From positions 12,688 through 51,467 of the forward strand of contig JAVXAN010000001.1 in NCBI GenBank assembly GCA_036660495.1: a stretch of 38,780 nucleotides of DNA, written 5' to 3'. Within the stretch, counting starts at the first letter, position 1, and every line of letters starts with the position of its first letter. Below the pieces are notes generated by a model. It was given only the letters and a program-made list of their open reading frames with translations. It ran no database searches and was not told where the DNA came from. The translations under genes and the position numbers were made by a program. The stretch comes from Bacilli bacterium (GTDB lineage: Bacteria > Bacillota_I > Bacilli_A > RF39 > UBA660). Of this stretch, positions 15,181 to 24,180 are shown one piece after another.

Positions 15181-15885
15181 ATGAATGTACATGGAAAAAA
15201 TGTTGCTAAAGAACTGTTAAACAATAATCATAAAATTAAAAAGGCATATTTAATAGATAGCTTTGACGAAAAAGAGATTGTTCAAAAGTTGGAAAAGTTA
15301 GGTGTTCCTATATGCAATTTAGATAAAAGACAGATAGACAAAATGGAAAGAGGAAATCATCAAGGGATTATTTTAGAAATCGAAGATTATAAATTTTTAA
15401 GTGAGAAAGAGATGATTTTTAATCTTCAAAGCAATCCTTTTATTGTGATATTAGACCATCTTGAAGATCCTCATAACTTTGGTGCGATAATTAGAACATG
15501 TGAAGCAGCAGGTGTTGATTATATAATTATTCCAAAGGATAGAAGCGTGTCAATAAATGCTACGGTTATGAAAACAAGCGTAGGAGCTCTTGACAATGTT
15601 AAAATAGTTTTAGTTAATAATTTAAATTCAACAATAAATAATTTAAAAGAAAAAGGTGTTTGGATAGTAGGTACTGACATGCAAGATAGCGAAGAATATA
15701 CATGCATAGATTATAATTTACCAGTTGCGTTAGTTATTGGAAGTGAAGGATTTGGAATGAGCAGTCTTGTAAAGAAAAATTGTGATTTTATTGCAAGAAT
15801 CCCAATGTATGGAAAAATAAACAGTCTAAACGCGTCAGTTGCAGCGGGAATTATGATATATGAAGTACTAAAACAACGAAAGTAG
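15181..15885 (+). CDS. rlmB: TrmH/SpoU-family 23S rRNA (guanosine-2'-O)-methyltransferase RlmB (YacO-like)
   Basis: HQGIILEI, LDHLEDPHNFGAIIRTCEAAGVD, VIGSEGFGMS and IPMYGKINSLNASVAAGIMIYE. Confidence 0.85.
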   Translation: MNVHGKNVAKELLNNNHKIKKAYLIDSFDEKEIVQKLEKLGVPICNLDKRQIDKMERGNHQGIILEIEDYKFLSEKEMIFNLQSNPFIVILDHLEDPHNFGAIIRTCEAAGVDYIIIPKDRSVSINATVMKTSVGALDNVKIVLVNNLNSTINNLKEKGVWIVGTDMQDSEEYTCIDYNLPVALVIGSEGFGMSSLVKKNCDFIARIPMYGKINSLNASVAAGIMIYEVLKQRK

Positions 15886-15893
15886 GTGAATAT

Positions 15894-16520
15894 ATGAATA
15901 GTTTTAAAGAAGAATATGGTAATGATAGTGAATTGTTATATTTGATATCTGAAAGAAGTGAAGAAGCTGATGAAATTATTTTTAAGAAGTATTCTCCAAT
16001 TATTGATTTAAAAGTAAAGAAATATTTATCTTTAGTTTTAAATAAGGGATATGAATATGGTGATTTATATCAAGAGGGATTATTGGGTTTAAATTCAGCT
16101 GTAAGGGATTTTAAAGAACAAAAGGACATAAAATTTTCAACTTTCGCCACTTTATGTATAGAAAGGAAAATTTGTTCAGCAGTAAGAAAGGCAACTAGAA
16201 AGAAGCATAGTGTTTTAAATGAATCTTTCTCATTAGATTATAAAACTGATGATGATTCAAAATCATTAATAGATAACATTATGTTAGAATCGGGAGAAAG
16301 TGTAGAAGATTTAATTATAAGTAGAGAGCAGGAAGCCTTACTTAAGGAATTGTTAAATAAAGAGTTAACGGATTATGAAAACACTGTTTATGAGCTTAGA
16401 ATGAATAATTTTACTTATACAGAAATAGCACAAACATTGGGTAAAAGTTATAAATCAATAGAAAGTGCTCTTTTTAGAATTAAAGTAAAAATAAAAAATA
16501 TAATGGCAAAAATCAATTGA
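15894..16520 (+). CDS. sigH: Sporulation/stationary-phase sigma factor SigH
   Basis: Sigma-70 region 2 (DLYQEGLLGLNSAVRDFKEQKDIKFSTFATLCIERKI) and region 4 HTH (FTYTEIAQTLGKSYKSIESALFRIKVKI). Conserved position upstream of secE-nusG. SD AGGTGA. Confidence 0.8.
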   Translation: MNSFKEEYGNDSELLYLISERSEEADEIIFKKYSPIIDLKVKKYLSLVLNKGYEYGDLYQEGLLGLNSAVRDFKEQKDIKFSTFATLCIERKICSAVRKATRKKHSVLNESFSLDYKTDDDSKSLIDNIMLESGESVEDLIISREQEALLKELLNKELTDYENTVYELRMNNFTYTEIAQTLGKSYKSIESALFRIKVKIKNIMAKIN

Positions 16521-16545
16521 CCTATTTTATGAAATGTGCTATATT
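16517..16545 (+). promoter_or_regulatory. Promoter for secE-nusG: TTGACC-17-(TGc)TATATT
   Basis: TTGACC at 16517-16522 (overlapping the sigH TGA stop), TGc at 16537-16539 and TATATT at 16540-16545. Confidence 0.6.
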
Positions 16546-16599
16546 GTAGGTAGTTAAGCACATGAAAGTGTTTTTTATTTTGGAATAGTAGGAGAAATT

Positions 16600-16818
16600 A
16601 TGGTAAAAGCAAAAAAAGAAACAAAGATATTTGGCAAGATTAAAAACTTTATTATTGGTGTTAAAAAAGAAACTTTAAAAATAAAGTGGACTTCAAAAAA
16701 AGAATTAATAAAATATTCCCTTGCAACTTTTGCGTTTATGGTGTTTTTTTGTTTATTCTTTATTGGAACCGATTTAATAATTGCATTAATATCATATGTA
16801 AAGGAGTTAATTGGTTAA
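16600..16818 (+). CDS. secE: Preprotein translocase subunit SecE
   Basis: 72 aa. KETLKIKWTSKKELIKYSLATFAFMVFFCLFFIGTDLII (single C-terminal TM). SD AGGAG. Sits upstream of nusG. Confidence 0.85.
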   Translation: MVKAKKETKIFGKIKNFIIGVKKETLKIKWTSKKELIKYSLATFAFMVFFCLFFIGTDLIIALISYVKELIG

Positions 16819-17356
16819 TATGGAAGAAAAACAGTGGTATGTTGTTAATACTTATTCAGGACATGAAGCAAAGGTAAAAGAAAAACTTGATATGAGAATA
16901 AATTCATTGGATATGCAAGAAAATATCTTTAGAGTTATTGTCCCTGAAAGAAAAGAAATAGAAGTAAAAGATGGAAAAACTAAAGAAAAAATAAAAAAAT
17001 TATTTCCAGGTTATGTTCTTGTAGAAATGATTATGTCTGATGAATCTTGGTATATAGTGCGTAATACGCCAGGGGTAACTGGATTCCTTGGTTCAAGTGG
17101 TAAGGGTGCTAAGCCGGTACCATTATATCCATATGAAATAGAACGTATTTTTGAAGAAACCGGATTAAATAAAGTTGAACTTGTTACTAATTATGAAGTT
17201 GGGGATAATATAAAAATAACTGATGGTCCATTTAAAATGCTTGCTGGTAAAATTATTTGTTTGGATTTAGAAGGTGGAAAAGCAAACATTTCTATTGATT
17301 TGTTTGGACAAGAAACAAACGTTGAATTAGAATTAACTCAATTTACAAAAGAATAA
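16811..17356 (+). CDS. nusG: Transcription termination/antitermination factor NusG
   Basis: KQWYVVNTYSGHEAKVKEKL, FPGYVLVEM and KOW motif GDNIKITDGPFKMLAGKI. The start is ambiguous: TTG 16811 is 4 nt after AAGGAG, while ATG 16820 gives MEEKQWYV but is 13 nt from the SD. Confidence 0.93.
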   Translation: MVNMEEKQWYVVNTYSGHEAKVKEKLDMRINSLDMQENIFRVIVPERKEIEVKDGKTKEKIKKLFPGYVLVEMIMSDESWYIVRNTPGVTGFLGSSGKGAKPVPLYPYEIERIFEETGLNKVELVTNYEVGDNIKITDGPFKMLAGKIICLDLEGGKANISIDLFGQETNVELELTQFTKE

Positions 17357-17370
17357 TATTTATAAAAGTA

Positions 17371-17400
17371 TTGCTTTTGTCATATATGTTGTGCTAAAAT
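17371..17400 (+). promoter_or_regulatory. Promoter for rplK-rplA: TTGCTT-18-(TGc)TAAAAT
   Basis: TTGCTT at 17371-17376 and TGcTAAAAT at 17392-17400. Confidence 0.5.
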
Positions 17401-17404
17401 GTTA

Positions 17405-17495
17405 AGCGCAGCTATATATTTTATATAGATGAAAGAATTTAGTGGAAGGCGCGGATTATAAAGCTATTTGACCACTCGCGAAAAAAATTAATTAT
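17405..17495 (+). promoter_or_regulatory. Structured 5' leader of rplK-rplA, a possible ribosomal-protein (L1-type) autoregulatory element
   Basis: Locally GC-rich complementary segments in an AT-rich leader: CTATATA/TATATAG hairpin (17411-17427), AGTGG (17440-17444)/CCACT (17472-17476), and GCGC/CGCG blocks at 17405-17408, 17448-17452 and 17477-17480. I cannot assign a family by eye. Confidence 0.25.
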
Positions 17496-17509
17496 AGGAG
17501 GTGTTTTTC

Positions 17510-17938
17510 GTGGCAAAAAAAGAAGTTATGAAAATGATTAAGTTACAATTGCCAGCCGGTAAAGCAACACCAGCTCCTCCAGTAGGAACTGTGTTAGGGC
17601 CAGCAGGTGTTAATTCGTCTGAATTTTGCGTTAAGTATAATGATGCAACAAAGGATAAGATGGGAGATATAATTCCGGTTGAAATTACTGTATATGATGA
17701 CAGAAGTTTTGATTTAAGGTTTTTAACACCACCAACAGCATTCTTACTTAAGAAAGCTTCAGGAATTAAATCTGGTTCAGCTAAGGGATCAACTGCAGTA
17801 GTTGGTAAGATTAGTAAAGACCAATTAAAAGAAATTGCAGAAATAAAATTACCTGATTTAAATGCTTATACGGTAGAAGAAGCTATGAAAATAGTTGAAG
17901 GTACTGCAAAGAACATGGGTATTGAAATTATCAAATAA
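17510..17938 (+). CDS. rplK: 50S ribosomal protein L11
   Basis: (M)[34 protein letters not shown]... matches B. subtilis L11 ([29 protein letters not shown]). GTG 17510 is 8 nt after AGGAGGT. The track start 17501 overlaps the SD. Confidence 0.95.
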   Translation: MAKKEVMKMIKLQLPAGKATPAPPVGTVLGPAGVNSSEFCVKYNDATKDKMGDIIPVEITVYDDRSFDLRFLTPPTAFLLKKASGIKSGSAKGSTAVVGKISKDQLKEIAEIKLPDLNAYTVEEAMKIVEGTAKNMGIEIIK

Positions 17939-18001
17939 TAAAATACATATAGAGTTATCTATGTGGGAGGAAAATCCGCTATATACCACAGGGAGGTAAA
18001 A

Positions 18002-18700
18002 ATGAGAAAGAAAAGCAAAAAATACACGGAAGCTTTAGCAAAAGTTGAAAAAAACAAGCTTTATACTAAAGAAGAAGCTGTAAAATTAGTAAAGGAAACT
18101 TCTACTTCTAAGTTTGATGGATCTGTTGAAATAGCAGTAAGATTAAATTTAGATACAAAAAAGAACGATCAACAATTAAGAGGAGCTATCGTATTGCCAC
18201 ATGGAACTGGTAAAACTAAAAAAGTTTTAGTTTTAGCAAAGGGTGATCAAGCTAAAGCAGCAACCGTAGCAGGAGCAGATTACGTTGGCGATATGGATAT
18301 GATTACCAAAATTGAAAAAGAAAATTGGCTTGATTTTGATGTAATTATAGCAACACCAGAAATGATGCCCATGTTAGGTAAATTAGGTAAAATTTTAGGC
18401 CCTAAGGGATTAATGCCTAACCCAAAAACTGGAACAGTAACCCTTGATACAAAAAAAGCTGTTGAAGATGTAAAAAAAGGACGTGTTGAGTATAGAACCG
18501 ACTCTTTTGCAAACGTTCATGCAATAATGGGAAAAGTATCGTTTACTGAAGAACAATTAATTGATAACATTAATACGTTTATAGATGTTATTATTAAATC
18601 AAAGCCAGTAGGAGCAAAAGGACTTTACATTAAGAATATTTCTATTGCTTCAACAATGGGTCCTGGAATTAAACTAGACCTAAGCTCTTTTGACAAATAG
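18002..18700 (+). CDS. rplA: 50S ribosomal protein L1
   Basis: MRKKSKKYTEALAKVEKNKLYTKEEAVKLVKE..., LPHGTGKTKKVLV and GPKGLMPNPKTGTVT. ATG 18002 follows SD GGGAGG. The track start 17963 is upstream of the SD. Confidence 0.95.
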   Translation: MRKKSKKYTEALAKVEKNKLYTKEEAVKLVKETSTSKFDGSVEIAVRLNLDTKKNDQQLRGAIVLPHGTGKTKKVLVLAKGDQAKAATVAGADYVGDMDMITKIEKENWLDFDVIIATPEMMPMLGKLGKILGPKGLMPNPKTGTVTLDTKKAVEDVKKGRVEYRTDSFANVHAIMGKVSFTEEQLIDNINTFIDVIIKSKPVGAKGLYIKNISIASTMGPGIKLDLSSFDK

Positions 18701-18727
18701 TTTGAAAAGAGTTATAATAATTATTAA

Positions 18728-18755
18728 TTGATACCAATTTGGCATTGATTATATA
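18728..18755 (+). promoter_or_regulatory. Candidate promoter for rplJ-rplL: TTGATA-16-TATATA
   Basis: TTGATA at 18728-18733 and TATATA at 18750-18755. Confidence 0.4.
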
Positions 18756-18760
18756 GAGTA

Positions 18761-18864
18761 CCATAGACAGTAGGAGGCATTATGCATAACTTATTCCTAC
18801 CGAGGGCAAAAACAATGTATATGTGTTTTTATGCCTTCGTTTAAGTATAAATGAAGGCTTTTTC
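18761..18864 (+). promoter_or_regulatory. Ribosomal protein L10 leader-like cis-regulatory RNA with a terminator/antiterminator pair
   Basis: CCATAGACAGTAGGAGG...TTCCTACCGAGGG (GTAGG/CCTAC helix flanking a TATGCATA palindrome), as in Firmicute L10 leaders that mimic the L10 site on 23S rRNA. Terminator GCCTTC(GTTTA-agta-TAAAT)GAAGGC plus TTTTT at 18833-18863. The alternative helix GGCAAAAACA (18805-18814)/TGTTTTTATGCC (18823-18835) uses the first three nt of the terminator 5' arm. Confidence 0.6.
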
Positions 18865-18896
18865 TATGGGTACTTGTAATATTAAAAGGAGGAAAT

Positions 18897-19394
18897 ATGG
18901 CAAATAAATCTATTATTGCGAAAAAAGAAGAAGTTGTTGATGAAATAGTTGATAAAATAAATAATGCTGTAGGGGTAGTTTTATTCAATTATAACGGTTT
19001 ATCTGATGATGAAATAACAATTTTACGTTGTAAGTTACGTGAATCAAATGCTTCTTATAAAGTGTATAAAAACACTTTAGCAAAAAGAGCGTTAGATAAG
19101 TTATCAATTAATTTAGATGAATGTTTATTTGGACCATCAGCTATTGCAACATCACTTGATGCAATAGCACCAATTAAAGTGTTAGCAGAGTTTGCAAAAG
19201 AACATCCCACTTTAGAATTAAAAGGTGGAATAATCGATGGAAAGATAACTTCGTTAGAAGAATTGAAAACTCTAGCAACAATACCATCAAGAGATGGATT
19301 GTTAACAATGTTTGCAGCAGGATTAATAGAACATGTTAAAAACGTTGCAATATGTCTTGACTTATACAGTAAAAAGTTAGAAGAAGAAAAGTAA
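18897..19394 (+). CDS. rplJ: 50S ribosomal protein L10
   Basis: Typical L10 sequence (VVLFNYNGLSDDEITILRCKLRESNASYKVYKNTLAKRAL). SD AAGGAGG. Upstream of rplL. Confidence 0.95.
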   Translation: MANKSIIAKKEEVVDEIVDKINNAVGVVLFNYNGLSDDEITILRCKLRESNASYKVYKNTLAKRALDKLSINLDECLFGPSAIATSLDAIAPIKVLAEFAKEHPTLELKGGIIDGKITSLEELKTLATIPSRDGLLTMFAAGLIEHVKNVAICLDLYSKKLEEEK

Positions 19395-19418
19395 TTTTAA
19401 AATAAGGAGGAATTTAAA

Positions 19419-19781
19419 ATGGCTAAATTAAGTACAAAAGAAATAATTGACGCAATCAAAGAAATGAAAATTTTAGAAGTAAAAGATTTATTAGATGCAA
19501 TGAAAGAGGAATTAGGAGTAGATCCAAGTTCAGTTGCTGTTGCTGCAGCACCAGTTGCAGTAGAAGAAGAAAGTACAACAGCAACAGTAGTTTTAAAATC
19601 AGCAGGATCAACAAAAATACAAGTTATAAAAATAATTAGAGATATAACTGGATTAGGATTAATTGATGCTAAGAAAATTGCTGACGAAGGTGGAAATGTT
19701 AAAGAAAACGTTTCTAAAGAAGAAGCAAATGAACTTAAAGCTAAATTAGAAGAAGCTGGAGCAACAGTAGAACTTCAATAA
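19419..19781 (+). CDS. rplL: 50S ribosomal protein L7/L12
   Basis: Ala/Val hinge AVAAAPVAVEEE, C-terminal domain KIQVIKIIRDITGLGLIDAKKIADEGG...KAKLEEAGATVELQ. Confidence 0.97.
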   Translation: MAKLSTKEIIDAIKEMKILEVKDLLDAMKEELGVDPSSVAVAAAPVAVEEESTTATVVLKSAGSTKIQVIKIIRDITGLGLIDAKKIADEGGNVKENVSKEEANELKAKLEEAGATVELQ

Positions 19782-19801
19782 TTAATTAATAAGTGTTATA
19801 A

Positions 19802-19833
19802 TAAGATTACAAATTTTGTAATCTTATTTTTTT
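19802..19833 (+). terminator. Strong intrinsic terminator after rplL
   Basis: TAAGATTACAAA (19802-19813) pairs with TTTGTAATCTTA (19815-19826), followed by T7. Confidence 0.8.
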
Positions 19834-19844
19834 ATGGAGGATTT

Positions 19845-20429
19845 ATGGGACATTACTTTACTAATGATGATAATTTAGAGTTAAACATACAAAAAGTACC
19901 AGTTGAAATAAACAAAATCAGGTATTATTTTTATACTGATAATGGTGTTTTTTCAAAAGGAGAATTAGATTATGGTACAGAACTATTGTTAAAAACATTA
20001 GATATAAAAGATGTTTCAACAAAAACATTTTTAGATATTGGTTGTGGATGCGGACCAATTGGAATTTATTTATCAAAACTTAACGCTTTAAAAGTTGATA
20101 TGACAGATGTAAATTTGAAAAGCATTCTTTTATCAAAAAAGGCATCTCTTGAACAAAACTTAAAAACCAATGTTTTTGAATCGTTTTCTTATGAAAAAAT
20201 TATTGATAAATATGATTACATAATTAGCAATCCTCCAATTAGAGTAGGAAAAAAAGTACTTTATGATATTATTATGAACGCAAAACTTCATTTAAATGCT
20301 GGCGGAGAAATGTGGATAGTAGTAAGAAAGAAGCAAGGAGCTGATAGTTTAGTAAGGGATATGAAAAAAACGTATAATGTTACAATTGTTGACAAGAAAA
20401 AAGGCTTTTTGATAATTAAAGCACAATAA
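19845..20429 (+). CDS. ybxB: Class I SAM-dependent (RsmC/RsmD-like, MTS family) methyltransferase, YbxB-like
   Basis: DIGCGCGPIGIYL (SAM motif I) and YIISNPPIRVGK (NPPI catalytic motif). Same position between rplL and rpoB as B. subtilis ybxB. Confidence 0.75.
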   Translation: MGHYFTNDDNLELNIQKVPVEINKIRYYFYTDNGVFSKGELDYGTELLLKTLDIKDVSTKTFLDIGCGCGPIGIYLSKLNALKVDMTDVNLKSILLSKKASLEQNLKTNVFESFSYEKIIDKYDYIISNPPIRVGKKVLYDIIMNAKLHLNAGGEMWIVVRKKQGADSLVRDMKKTYNVTIVDKKKGFLIIKAQ

Positions 20430-20432
20430 TAG

Positions 20433-20456
20433 GGAAGTTTTTAACTTCTTTTTTCT
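20433..20456 (+). terminator. Intrinsic terminator after ybxB
   Basis: GAAGTT (20434-20439) pairs with AACTTC (20443-20448) across a 3-nt loop, followed by TTTTTTCTTTTTTT. Confidence 0.6.
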
Positions 20457-20472
20457 TTTTTTCTTAAATCTA

Positions 20473-20501
20473 TTGACAACACTAGAAATTTCTAGTAAAA
20501 T
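20473..20501 (+). promoter_or_regulatory. Near-consensus sigma-A promoter for rpoB-rpoC: TTGACA-17-TAAAAT
   Basis: TTGACA at 20473-20478, a 17-nt spacer, TAAAAT at 20496-20501. Confidence 0.7.
20481..20496. promoter_or_regulatory. Perfect 16-bp palindrome ACTAGAAATTTCTAGT filling the rpoB promoter spacer (candidate operator)
   Basis: The reverse complement is identical to the forward sequence. The last T is the first base of the -10 hexamer. Confidence 0.4.
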
Positions 20502-20571
20502 TTTAAATTGGTACTGTGTCCTCAGTTTAGGACATGTTCTTTAAAAATTTTTAGTTTAGGGGTGGAAACGC

Positions 20572-23500
20572 GTGGCTTATAAAGTTAAAAAAATGAATGA
20601 ATACCGTGAAAGAAGGGACTTTTCAAGAACAAAGAAATCTTTGGAACTATGTGACTTGTTAGAAATTCAAACAAAATCATATAATTGGTTTGTTCAAGAA
20701 GGAATAAAGGAAGTATTAGAGGAAATAAGCCCAGTAGAGAATTTCTCTAGAACACTATCATTAGGATTCGGAGATTATTCTTTTGATGAACCAAGGCATT
20801 CAATTAAGGAATGTAAGGAGAAAAAAGCAACGTATGCTGCTCCTTTAAAGGTTCAAACGTTTTTATTTAACAATGAAACCGGTGAAGTAAAAGAACAGGA
20901 AATTTTCTTAGGCGATATGCCTTTAATGACAGAGGCGGGATCATTTATTTTTAATGGTTCAGAACGAGTTATTGTATCACAATTAGTTCGTTCACCAAGT
21001 GTTTATTATGGTAGGGAAATTGATAAGAATGGCCGTTCAGTTTTTTCTTCTCAAATTATACCAACTAGGGGAACTTGGCTTGAGTATAAATTAAATAGTA
21101 AAGATGTTGTTGACGTAAGAATTGATAGAAATCGTAAAGTTGTAATAACTGCTTTTTTAAGAGCTTTTGGTTTGTCAACAGATGAAGATATTTTATCTTT
21201 ATATGGCCAAGACGAATATTTGATTAATTCTTTAGGTAAGGATTCTACTAAAAATACGGATGAGGCTTTACTTGAAATATATGAAAAATTAAAGCCAGGT
21301 GAACCAGCAACTTTAGACAGTGCAAAAAACCAATTACTTACAAGGTTTTTTGATAACTTTAGATATGATTTAGCAAAAGTGGGACGCTACAAATTTAACA
21401 AAAAGCTAGACGTATGTGATCGACTTTTAAACCAAAAACTTGCAGAAGATATTAAGGTTGATGGCAATATAATTGCTAAAAAAGGTACAAAAGTTACGGT
21501 TGAAGTATTAGAAAAGTTACGCCCAGTTTTTAATAATGGTTATGGATTAATTGAAACTTTAGGTAACGCAGAATTAGATGAACATACTAAGGTTCAAGTT
21601 GTTTCAGTTATTTCGCCAGCAGATTCAGAAAAAGCAGTTAAAATCATTGGTAATGATCCCTCAATTGACGTTAAAATATTAACAATATCAGATATTTTTG
21701 CATCAGTTTCATATTATTTAAATTTATTGCAAGGTATTGGTTCAATTGATGAAATCGACCATTTGTCAAACCGTCGTTTAAGACAGGTTGGTGAATTATT
21801 ACAAAATCAGTTTAGAATTGGTGTAACTCGTATGGAAAGAGTAATTCGTGAAAGAATGACAACTTTGGACATTGAAACAGCAACACCAAAAACTTTAATT
21901 AACATTAGACCAATTACTGCAGTTATTAAAGAATTCTTTGGATCAAGTCCATTATCTCAATTTATGGATCAGATTAATCCATTATCTGAATTAAATAATA
22001 AAAGACGTTTATCAGCGTTAGGGCCTGGTGGTTTATCAAGAGATAGAGCTGCTATGGAAGTTCGTGATGTTAACGTTTCTCACTATGGTAGAATTTGTCC
22101 AATTGAATCTCCCGAAGGAGCTAACATTGGTCTTATTACATCACTTGCAAATTATGCAAAGATAAATGATTACGGATTTATAATGACTCCATATCGTAGG
22201 GTAAAAGATGGTAAGCTTCTTGACCAAATTGATTATTTAACTGCTGATGAAGAAGCAAGTTTTAAAATTTCACAAGCAAAAGTTGATATGGAAGGAGAGA
22301 CTATTATTCAGTCTCATTGTCCAGCAAGACTTAATGGAGAAAATATTTTAGCAACTCCAACGGAAATAGATTATATTGATGTAGCACCACAACAAATTGT
22401 TTCAGTTACAACAAGTTGTATTCCTTTCCTTGACCATGATGATGCTCATCGTGCGTTGATGGGTTCAAACATGCAACGTCAAGCACTACCATTGTTAAGA
22501 GCTGAAGCTCCTATTGTTGCTACCGGTGTTGAAGCACAAGCAGCAAAAGATAGTGGAGTTACGGTTGTTTCAAAATCAGATGGTGTTGTAGAATACGTAG
22601 ATGGTAAGAAAATAGTTGTGAAAACACTTAAAGCAAAAGACGTTTACATTCTTAAAAACTTTGAAGGATCAAATGCTGGTACTTGTTATCATCAAAGACC
22701 AATTGTAAAAATAGGTGATAAAGTCAAAAACGGACAAATTATTGCGGATGGTCCAAGTACTGATATGGGAGAAGTAGCTCTTGGTAAAAACGTTGTAGTA
22801 GCATTTATGACTTACAACGGATATAACTATGAAGATGCTGTTGTTCTTAATGAAAGATTAGTAAAAGATGATGTTTTTACATCAATTTATATAGAAGATT
22901 ATGAGATTCAATGTCGTGATACAAAATTAGGACCTGAAGAAATTACTAGGGATATACCTAACGTATCAGAAGACGCCCGTAAAAATTTAGACTCTGATGG
23001 TATTATTAGAATTGGTACAGAAGTAAAAGAAGGCGATATTCTAGTTGGTAAAGTAACACCAAAGGGAATGGTAGAACTTACTTCTGAGGAAAAACTATTA
23101 CATGCTATATTTGGAGAAAAAACTCGTGAAGTTAGAGATACTTCATTACGTGTTCCACATGGTGGAGCGGGTATTGTTCATGATATAAAAATATATACAA
23201 AGAAAGATTCTGATGAACTTCCAAGTGGAGTAAGTAAAGAAATAAGAGTGTATATTGTTCAAAAGCGTAAAATACAAGTTGGTGATAAAATGGCAGGACG
23301 TCATGGAAACAAGGGAGTTATTTCACTTGTTGCACCATCAGAAGATATGCCTTATTTACCAGATGGTAGGCCAGTTGATATTTTACTTAATCCACTAGGA
23401 GTACCATCTCGTATGAACCCAGGACAAATTCTTGAATTACACTTAGGTATGGCCGCTAAAAAATTAGGCGTTTATACGGCAACTCCGGTATTTGATGGAG

Positions 23501-24180
23501 CTTCTTGGGAAGATATTCAAGAAATGATGAAAGAAGCAAAAATGGATCCTGATGGAAAAACTGTTTTATATAATGGAAAAACTGGTGATCCATTTGATAA
23601 TCGTGTTGGTGTTGGTATAATGTACATGATTAAACTTGATCACATGGTTGATGATAAACTTCATGCTCGTGCAACTGGTCCATACTCTTTAGTTACTCAA
23701 CAACCACTAGGTGGTAAAGCACAATTTGGTGGTCAAAGATTTGGAGAAATGGAAGTTTGGGCATTATATGCATATGGAGCAGCTCATGTCCTTCAAGAAA
23801 TTCTAACGGTTAAATCAGATGATGTTATTGGTCGTGTAAAGGTTTATGAAGCAATTGTTAAAGGTAACCCAATTAATCAAGCTGGTGTTCCGGAGAGTTT
23901 TAGAGTATTAATTAAAGAATTCCAAGCGTTAGGATTAAACATTGCAATGATTAACGATGAGGGAAAAGAAGTTGATATTAGAACTTTAGAAGAAGATGAA
24001 GAAAAAGAAATATCGCCACTTTCTATTGAGGAAATTGATAATGTTTCATTTGTAAAAACCAAGCCAGTGATTAATGAAAAGTCAGTAGAAGAAGAACAAC
24101 AAGAAGACTTTGAGGAAGAGTTAGAAGATGTTGTTGAAGAAAATATAGAAGACTCTTTAGATGAGGGGAGTGAAGAATAA
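20572..24180 (+). CDS. rpoB: DNA-directed RNA polymerase beta subunit
   Basis: Full-length, unmistakable RpoB ([65 protein letters not shown]). GTG start with SD AGGGGTGG. Acidic C-terminal tail. Confidence 0.98.
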   Translation: MAYKVKKMNEYRERRDFSRTKKSLELCDLLEIQTKSYNWFVQEGIKEVLEEISPVENFSRTLSLGFGDYSFDEPRHSIKECKEKKATYAAPLKVQTFLFNNETGEVKEQEIFLGDMPLMTEAGSFIFNGSERVIVSQLVRSPSVYYGREIDKNGRSVFSSQIIPTRGTWLEYKLNSKDVVDVRIDRNRKVVITAFLRAFGLSTDEDILSLYGQDEYLINSLGKDSTKNTDEALLEIYEKLKPGEPATLDSAKNQLLTRFFDNFRYDLAKVGRYKFNKKLDVCDRLLNQKLAEDIKVDGNIIAKKGTKVTVEVLEKLRPVFNNGYGLIETLGNAELDEHTKVQVVSVISPADSEKAVKIIGNDPSIDVKILTISDIFASVSYYLNLLQGIGSIDEIDHLSNRRLRQVGELLQNQFRIGVTRMERVIRERMTTLDIETATPKTLINIRPITAVIKEFFGSSPLSQFMDQINPLSELNNKRRLSALGPGGLSRDRAAMEVRDVNVSHYGRICPIESPEGANIGLITSLANYAKINDYGFIMTPYRRVKDGKLLDQIDYLTADEEASFKISQAKVDMEGETIIQSHCPARLNGENILATPTEIDYIDVAPQQIVSVTTSCIPFLDHDDAHRALMGSNMQRQALPLLRAEAPIVATGVEAQAAKDSGVTVVSKSDGVVEYVDGKKIVVKTLKAKDVYILKNFEGSNAGTCYHQRPIVKIGDKVKNGQIIADGPSTDMGEVALGKNVVVAFMTYNGYNYEDAVVLNERLVKDDVFTSIYIEDYEIQCRDTKLGPEEITRDIPNVSEDARKNLDSDGIIRIGTEVKEGDILVGKVTPKGMVELTSEEKLLHAIFGEKTREVRDTSLRVPHGGAGIVHDIKIYTKKDSDELPSGVSKEIRVYIVQKRKIQVGDKMAGRHGNKGVISLVAPSEDMPYLPDGRPVDILLNPLGVPSRMNPGQILELHLGMAAKKLGVYTATPVFDGASWEDIQEMMKEAKMDPDGKTVLYNGKTGDPFDNRVGVGIMYMIKLDHMVDDKLHARATGPYSLVTQQPLGGKAQFGGQRFGEMEVWALYAYGAAHVLQEILTVKSDDVIGRVKVYEAIVKGNPINQAGVPESFRVLIKEFQALGLNIAMINDEGKEVDIRTLEEDEEKEISPLSIEEIDNVSFVKTKPVINEKSVEEEQQEDFEEELEDVVEENIEDSLDEGSEE

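Noticed and set aside
16534-16563. Inverted repeat ATGTGCT/AGCACAT after sigH as a possible terminator or small RNA.
   Set aside because: No adjacent T-run directly after the stem, and the 5' arm coincides with the extended -10 of a good secE promoter, so a transcript from that promoter would not contain the full hairpin.
23980-24177. Long acidic C-terminal tail of RpoB (EEDEEKE...[30 protein letters not shown]) as an unusual feature, perhaps related to the acidic delta subunit tail.
   Set aside because: B. subtilis and other Firmicute RpoB proteins also end in an acidic extension. This is not distinctive without quantitative comparison.
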